DNA of 64,000 bases from Pseudomonadota bacterium. Lineage in GTDB: Bacteria > Pseudomonadota > Gammaproteobacteria > Burkholderiales > JABEVD01. The translations under genes and the position numbers were made by a program. The notes under the pieces are model-generated. The model was not told the origin of the DNA. It did not search any database and saw nothing but the letters and a program-made list of their open reading frames with translations. Shown one piece after another: positions 59,537-64,000 of the stretch. Numbering within the stretch: the first letter of the stretch is position 1; every line of letters starts with the position of its first letter. The stretch covers positions 5,129 through 69,128 of the forward strand of contig JAJZTQ010000002.1 of NCBI GenBank assembly GCA_021848825.1, in the 5' to 3' direction.

Positions 59537-62224
59537 CTAGATATTGTTTTCGCGTGGTTTGGCAGGTCTTCTGAAAAATATGGGTGATGAGCGTATCAGC
59601 TGCAGGCTGCTTCCGTATACGTATTTGACGATTCTGGGATAAGTCGACGTGTCCGGAATGAATTCAGTGCCGCAAAGAAGCTTGTTGCCGCGCTTCACCG
59701 CCCTTCTTATCCTGCAGTCGAACTGATATTGGGCACCCTCTTTGGTCGTGATGTCGAGCGTCACAGGCTCGCCCCCATGCAATGGCAGGGGCAATTCAAT
59801 CAATATCCCGATGCCGGAGAGCGATATATCCATGATATTGCCTTGGACGCTCGCATTCAGGCTGGGGAAGTAAACCATGGCCCGTCCTTTGCCTTCGATG
59901 CGCTGAAACTTGCGAACTGGCCTCTTTTTCACCAGTTCAAAAATCCTGGCCTGCCCCTGGTAAAAATAATAAACAGTTCTGCTCAGGGTCATCAACAACA
60001 TGTCAAGCAGCAAAGACGAGGTAAGGCACTGTATCAAGAGCCTCCAGAGGAATTTCATGGAGTCTGAAAAGAAAGCGAATCCGCTTACCCAGATTGCCTT
60101 GACGCCCATTTTCGAAAAATGCCAGAGCATGTGGAATGTATCGCGTTTCCTCGCCTTCGCGTTCCAGATTTCCTGCCATCTTTGGCTGTCGCCGAAGACG
60201 TAGCTGATGATTTCTGCAGCAGGCGCGGCCAGGAATTCGCTCCCGCAGACATACCTGCCGCTCATCTTTTCGATGTGCCTGATATTGTTTTCGAAGCGAT
60301 ATTCACGGCCATAGCTGTCCCTGACTTCCAGAATGATCCTGTCCTGCTCCATTGGTAAAATGGACGAATCGATTTCGAAACCTATCCCTGTCCTCGAGAC
60401 GTCGCGGACTTTGCCGACGACCGATTTTCCCAGGCGCTGGAAGCGGACGATCACGTCACCGCTGGACGCTATCCGGTGAAATTGCCGCTCCTGCTTTCTC
60501 TCCCACAGCGCGCCCAGTGAAACCAGGACGATGGAAAGGTTATAAAGCGACCATGCGCCCGTCACTGCGATAACGTCGCGCATGATCGGTGTGGCAAACC
60601 ATTTTATGACTGAAAGAATCAGGGCGGCGACGTTGAAGGCGATGAGCAGGAAAAAAGGCGTTGCAATCGGACTCAGGTATTCCCTTGTGTTGAGTTTTCC
60701 CTTCGGGGTAACCTTGAATGTCGGTTTCCAGGGGTTGGCCACCGCGGAGAGGATGGCCGGAATCAGGAAAAGAGACTGGATCGTCTCGTAGATCTCCGAG
60801 AAGAAAGGGTTCCTCGAGCCGGAATAGAAAAAGTCCATGATCACCGAAATGCTCAGCACGTACGGAAGCGTGAACGAAATGATCTGAAGCCACGAGGCGT
60901 TATAGATGTTGAATCCGAGAATGAGGTAGGCGGCGGGGGCGATGAGGTAGATCACGCGCGCAAAACCGAACAGCCAGAAAAAACTGAAGTTGAAGTAATT
61001 CAGCCTTTGCCAGAAAGAAAGTCCCTTCATCTTCAGCGGGTTGTTGAACTGGGCGAGCTGTATCATGCCTTGCGCCCAGCGCGAGCGCTGGATCACATAG
61101 TCGTCATAGGTTTCCGGAGACAAGCCGCAGACCATCGGCTTGTTGACATAAATGCTCCTGTAGCCGCGCCTGTGCAGATGGAAGGCGGTTTCGACATCTT
61201 CCGTGATGGTGTTGCCGTAGAGTCCGCCTTCCTGTTCGAGATGCTTGCGCCTCAACAGCGCCGCAGATCCGCAAAAGTAGCTGGAATTCCAGAAATCCAT
61301 GGCGGGGTGAAGTTTGCGATAGAACAGGTCGCTTTCGGCATAGGGATTGGCGATGCCTGTCAGGCCCTTTTCGACTGGAGACGGGTTGATGAAAAAATGC
61401 GGCGTCTGAACGAGGAATACTTTCGGATCGACGATGAAATGCCCTACGGTATTCTTCAGGATATCCTTTGTCGGCACATGATCGCAGTCGAGAATCAGCA
61501 CAAGATCGCCCGAAGTGTGCTTCAGCGCATGGTTGATATTGCCGGCCTTCGCTTTCTGATTCGTTTCGCGCGTGATGTATCCGACGCCGAGTTCAGCTGC
61601 GACCTGCCTCAGGCTGCGATGCCTTTCCCATGCGTCCGTTCCGGATTCAGCATGGCTGCGCTTGTTCCGGGTGCTGCCGTCATCCAGGATATAGACATTC
61701 AGCTTGTCTTTCGGATAATCGATCTGGGCTGCCGCAGTGGCGGTAATGCGAACGATTTCTTCGGGTTCGTCATAAGTCGGGATGAGGACATCCACAGTGG
61801 GCAGCAATGCAGCATCTTCAGGCAAGGGAATGATGGGGCGATCGAGAGGCCAGACATTGATGAACATGCCGAGCAGGAGCATGACGAAACCGTATATTTC
61901 GGCAAGGTAGACGAGCATCATCGCTGCGAAATCCAGTGGGCCGGTATAGAAAAGGGTGCCGAATGTCCGCCACTGGATGTAGCGCAACCCCATGAATGTC
62001 ACCAGCAGGATCATGAGCAGGCGCCAGGGCTGCTCCCTTGATTTTTTCCAGAGGTACATCATGAAAATCAGGGCGAAGCCGCCCCATCCGAGCACCATCT
62101 GCCTGGAAAGGTCATAATATTCGTAGGTGAACTGAAGCAGATAGACAAGGGCGGCGATCAATATCGCACCGGTGGCCGCAAGCTGCAAATTGCTGTACTG
62201 TGCACGCACGCCTGTTCGGGTCAT
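59537..62224 (-). CDS. bcsA: BcsA-like processive GT2 beta-glycan synthase with two PilZ modules
   Basis: GT2 motifs DDGS (181-184), DCDH (246-249), TED (341-343), QRSRW (379-383). PilZ 1 RQFHR (580-584) plus DVSRTG (608-613). PilZ 2 RKFQR (771-775) plus DISLSG (799-804). Confidence 0.88.
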   Translation of the reverse strand: MTRTGVRAQYSNLQLAATGAILIAALVYLLQFTYEYYDLSRQMVLGWGGFALIFMMYLWKKSREQPWRLLMILLVTFMGLRYIQWRTFGTLFYTGPLDFAAMMLVYLAEIYGFVMLLLGMFINVWPLDRPIIPLPEDAALLPTVDVLIPTYDEPEEIVRITATAAAQIDYPKDKLNVYILDDGSTRNKRSHAESGTDAWERHRSLRQVAAELGVGYITRETNQKAKAGNINHALKHTSGDLVLILDCDHVPTKDILKNTVGHFIVDPKVFLVQTPHFFINPSPVEKGLTGIANPYAESDLFYRKLHPAMDFWNSSYFCGSAALLRRKHLEQEGGLYGNTITEDVETAFHLHRRGYRSIYVNKPMVCGLSPETYDDYVIQRSRWAQGMIQLAQFNNPLKMKGLSFWQRLNYFNFSFFWLFGFARVIYLIAPAAYLILGFNIYNASWLQIISFTLPYVLSISVIMDFFYSGSRNPFFSEIYETIQSLFLIPAILSAVANPWKPTFKVTPKGKLNTREYLSPIATPFFLLIAFNVAALILSVIKWFATPIMRDVIAVTGAWSLYNLSIVLVSLGALWERKQERQFHRIASSGDVIVRFQRLGKSVVGKVRDVSRTGIGFEIDSSILPMEQDRIILEVRDSYGREYRFENNIRHIEKMSGRYVCGSEFLAAPAAEIISYVFGDSQRWQEIWNAKARKRDTFHMLWHFSKMGVKAIWVSGFAFFSDSMKFLWRLLIQCLTSSLLLDMLLMTLSRTVYYFYQGQARIFELVKKRPVRKFQRIEGKGRAMVYFPSLNASVQGNIMDISLSGIGILIELPLPLHGGEPVTLDITTKEGAQYQFDCRIRRAVKRGNKLLCGTEFIPDTSTYPRIVKYVYGSSLQLIRSSPIFFRRPAKPRENNI

Positions 62225-62225
62225 A

Positions 62226-63032
62226 TCACCTTGCGGATTGTGCAGGGCTGATAGAATCGCTTACGGAGCGCCGGCTGTCCCTCGTCTGTTCCTTGCCGAC
62301 CAAAGCCATGACTGCCGCCGCGATGCCTATGAGCAGCACGGCCATCAGGAAGAATTTCATGCCGAATGATCTTGCAGGGGGAGAACTCTGGGCAGGCTTG
62401 TCGTCCAGGCTCCTGCCCTGCTTGTCGAGCTCTATTTCCTTCGGATTCCAGAATACCTTGTATGCGTTGAACGCATCCTTCTTGCCTTTGAGCGTGATCT
62501 GCTTGATGAACCGGCAATAGTTTTCGCTCTTGTCTGAAAGGCTGTTGTAGGTTTCTTCGGAGATATAGATTTCTCCTGCCGTGGCGGAAGATTCGAAGCG
62601 CGATGCGGTGTTGACGACGTCTCCTGCAATGTCGTTCTTTTCGATGATGCATTTTCCGGTATGCATGCCGATCCGCATCAATACGGGCGTCTTGTATTTT
62701 TTCGACATGTTGAGTCCGTCCATGCCTTGCTGGATGCGCACAGCCGCACGGACCGCATCCTGGGCATTTTCGAAATAGGAGAGCGTGCCGTCCCCGATGG
62801 ACTTGATGAACACCCCGTTGTTTTCCTTGATCGCCGGCAACACGATCTGGTTCTGGTCCTTGATCAGCGTGCGGCTGACCAGGTCACCTTCGGTCTCTGC
62901 TATGGTGGTCGAGCCCTTGAGATCGGTGAATACGACCGTCAGTACCTTGGTGAACTTGTCGTTGAAAACTGCTTCCAGCTTTTCGCGCTCTTCTAGATAC
63001 TTGTCCAGTTCATCCTGTTTAGATTCGTCCAC
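62226..63032 (-). CDS. class III nucleotidyl cyclase (adenylate-type residues) with C-terminal membrane tail
   Basis: GTG start 63032. VVFTDLKGST, IKSIGDGTL, NDIAGDVVNTASRFES. C-terminal TM FFLMAVLLIGIAAAVMALVG. Stop lies 1 nt from the bcsA ATG. Confidence 0.85.
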   Translation of the reverse strand: MDESKQDELDKYLEEREKLEAVFNDKFTKVLTVVFTDLKGSTTIAETEGDLVSRTLIKDQNQIVLPAIKENNGVFIKSIGDGTLSYFENAQDAVRAAVRIQQGMDGLNMSKKYKTPVLMRIGMHTGKCIIEKNDIAGDVVNTASRFESSATAGEIYISEETYNSLSDKSENYCRFIKQITLKGKKDAFNAYKVFWNPKEIELDKQGRSLDDKPAQSSPPARSFGMKFFLMAVLLIGIAAAVMALVGKEQTRDSRRSVSDSISPAQSAR

Positions 63033-63191
63033 GCATTCCCCTATGGCTCACAAAAATGTTCAGCTGCAATTTCTCCTTATTGCAGAACATGCTGTATGAT
63101 CCATTTAACTTGATAAGTCTGCTGGACAGTCTACACAATATGATTTTCGAATTCCATAAGATTAGTTAATGGGATTTCATGGAAACAAAAC

Positions 63192-63217
63192 AATTTGTTA
63201 AAGTAATTTAACAAATT
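63192..63217. promoter_or_regulatory. perfect 11-bp inverted repeat AATTTGTTAAA-gtaa-TTTAACAAATT (candidate operator)
   Basis: Read directly. Sits in the AT-rich 272-bp divergent region between the cyclase-bcsAB operon and the ORF starting at 63305. Confidence 0.45.
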
Positions 63218-63304
63218 CGTCATCTAACATATGGAATCCTTTCTGGAATCTATTCAGCTTGCGTCGGGGTTCACTTTGTAGTGGTGAAACAGATATTAAC
63301 GATA

Positions 63305-64000
63305 ATGAAAAACGATTTTGTCGTTAAATTAAACAATGGGGAAAATCGGCGGGCCGGCTCATGGCGCGTCGCGGCGGCGATGCTTGCCGGATGCCTTTGC
63401 GCACCCCTCTGGCTTCACGCCGAAACCCCTCATGCCGCTCCCTCCGCGGCGCCGGACGAAAGACCGTTGTGGCGTCTGTTGAACGACAAAAAGTACCGGG
63501 AACTCGAGAAAGAAATCGGCAGCATGAAATCGGCTCATCCTGGATGGAAGCCGCCTGGGGTGTTGGTCAGCCTTCTGAAGCAGAACCTGCTCCGAATCGA
63601 AATCGAGGATGCAATCGCGAAAAGGGATGCGGGGAAAATAGCGGAACTGGGGAAAACCGATCCGGAATATTTTTCCTGCGATCATGTCGACTGGGCATGG
63701 GCGCTCGCCGATGCGCGCGCCCTGCTCAAGGAGGCTTCGCTGCTTCAGGGTCTGTACCGGCTCATTCCGGAGTGCAGGGAAGCAGATCGCCTTGCAACGC
63801 TTTACAAGGCCAGGAAATGGCTGAACGATGCTGACTACGGATTGCTGCTCGAGCGGGAGGCAAAAGCGAAGCGGTCGGGGCGGGATGAGGCGGAATTCGA
63901 GCGGCTGCGCTATGAATTTTCAATGGCGCAGCTCAAGACTTCCAATCGGGACTTCAAGACGGAGCTCTCCCGATTGTCGGGCGATATGGCCCGGTATCGG
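63305..64000 (+). CDS. secreted helical-repeat hypothetical protein (3' end outside window)
   Basis: The frame beginning at ATG 63305 is open for all 232 codons to the window end (not in the track, as there is no stop). MKNDFVVKLNNGENRRAGSWRVAAAMLAGCLCAPLWLHA looks like a signal peptide. The rest is Lys/Glu/Leu/Ala-rich and helical (PLWRLLNDKKYRELEKEI...). The track ORF 63361-63834 in another frame is Arg/Gly/Cys-rich and rejected. Confidence 0.5.
   Translation, partial: MKNDFVVKLNNGENRRAGSWRVAAAMLAGCLCAPLWLHAETPHAAPSAAPDERPLWRLLNDKKYRELEKEIGSMKSAHPGWKPPGVLVSLLKQNLLRIEIEDAIAKRDAGKIAELGKTDPEYFSCDHVDWAWALADARALLKEASLLQGLYRLIPECREADRLATLYKARKWLNDADYGLLLEREAKAKRSGRDEAEFERLRYEFSMAQLKTSNRDFKTELSRLSGDMARYR

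Noticed and set aside
63361-63834. 157-aa plus-strand ORF from the track, and the minus-strand ORF 63359-63685.
   Set aside because: Their composition is Arg/Gly/Cys/Pro-rich. A different plus-strand frame starting at ATG 63305 stays open to the window end and encodes a plausible signal peptide plus a helical protein, so that frame was preferred.

Overview
Dense 64-kb chromosomal window from a moderately GC-rich Gram-negative bacterium. The synteny looks betaproteobacterial, which is an inference from gene order only: mlaFEDCB / ABC-2 pair / ibaG / murA / hisGDBHAFIE / HIT / tatABC; kdsDC-lptCAB-rpoN-hpf-ptsN-hprK-rapZ; ubiX-sucCD. I call about 73 protein-coding genes, two of them truncated by the window edges. 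Many are joined by ATGA/GTGA/TTGA stop-start overlaps. I recognised no rRNA, tRNA, CRISPR array, IS element, integrase or phage gene. Most of the window is core housekeeping, but two blocks look accessory. (i) 16.4-34.6 kb is one 18-gene same-strand unit. It is an MSHA-like type IV filament/secretion cluster (ExeA/MshM-like ATPase, lipoprotein secretin, TPR protein, MshE-type ATPase, platform protein, GspL/M-like proteins, four pilin-like genes). An ABC ATPase sits at its head and a matching ABC-2 permease sits among the pilins. It ends in secreted glycan enzymes: a GH14 beta-amylase and an AGE-like barrel protein. (ii) 52.6-64 kb is my best candidate for an undescribed system. A class III adenylate-type cyclase lies 1 nt upstream of a bcsA-like synthase that carries two tandem PilZ modules, followed by bcsB. 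Converging on this operon with a 1-bp gap is a second operon: PP2C phosphatase, double-FHA protein, class II cyclic-nucleotide phosphodiesterase, and an orphan GspE-family ATPase with an N-terminal GAF domain. All calls rest on reading the supplied translations and the DNA by eye. No database search or HMM was run. Start codons were refined manually, and statements about novelty are inference.
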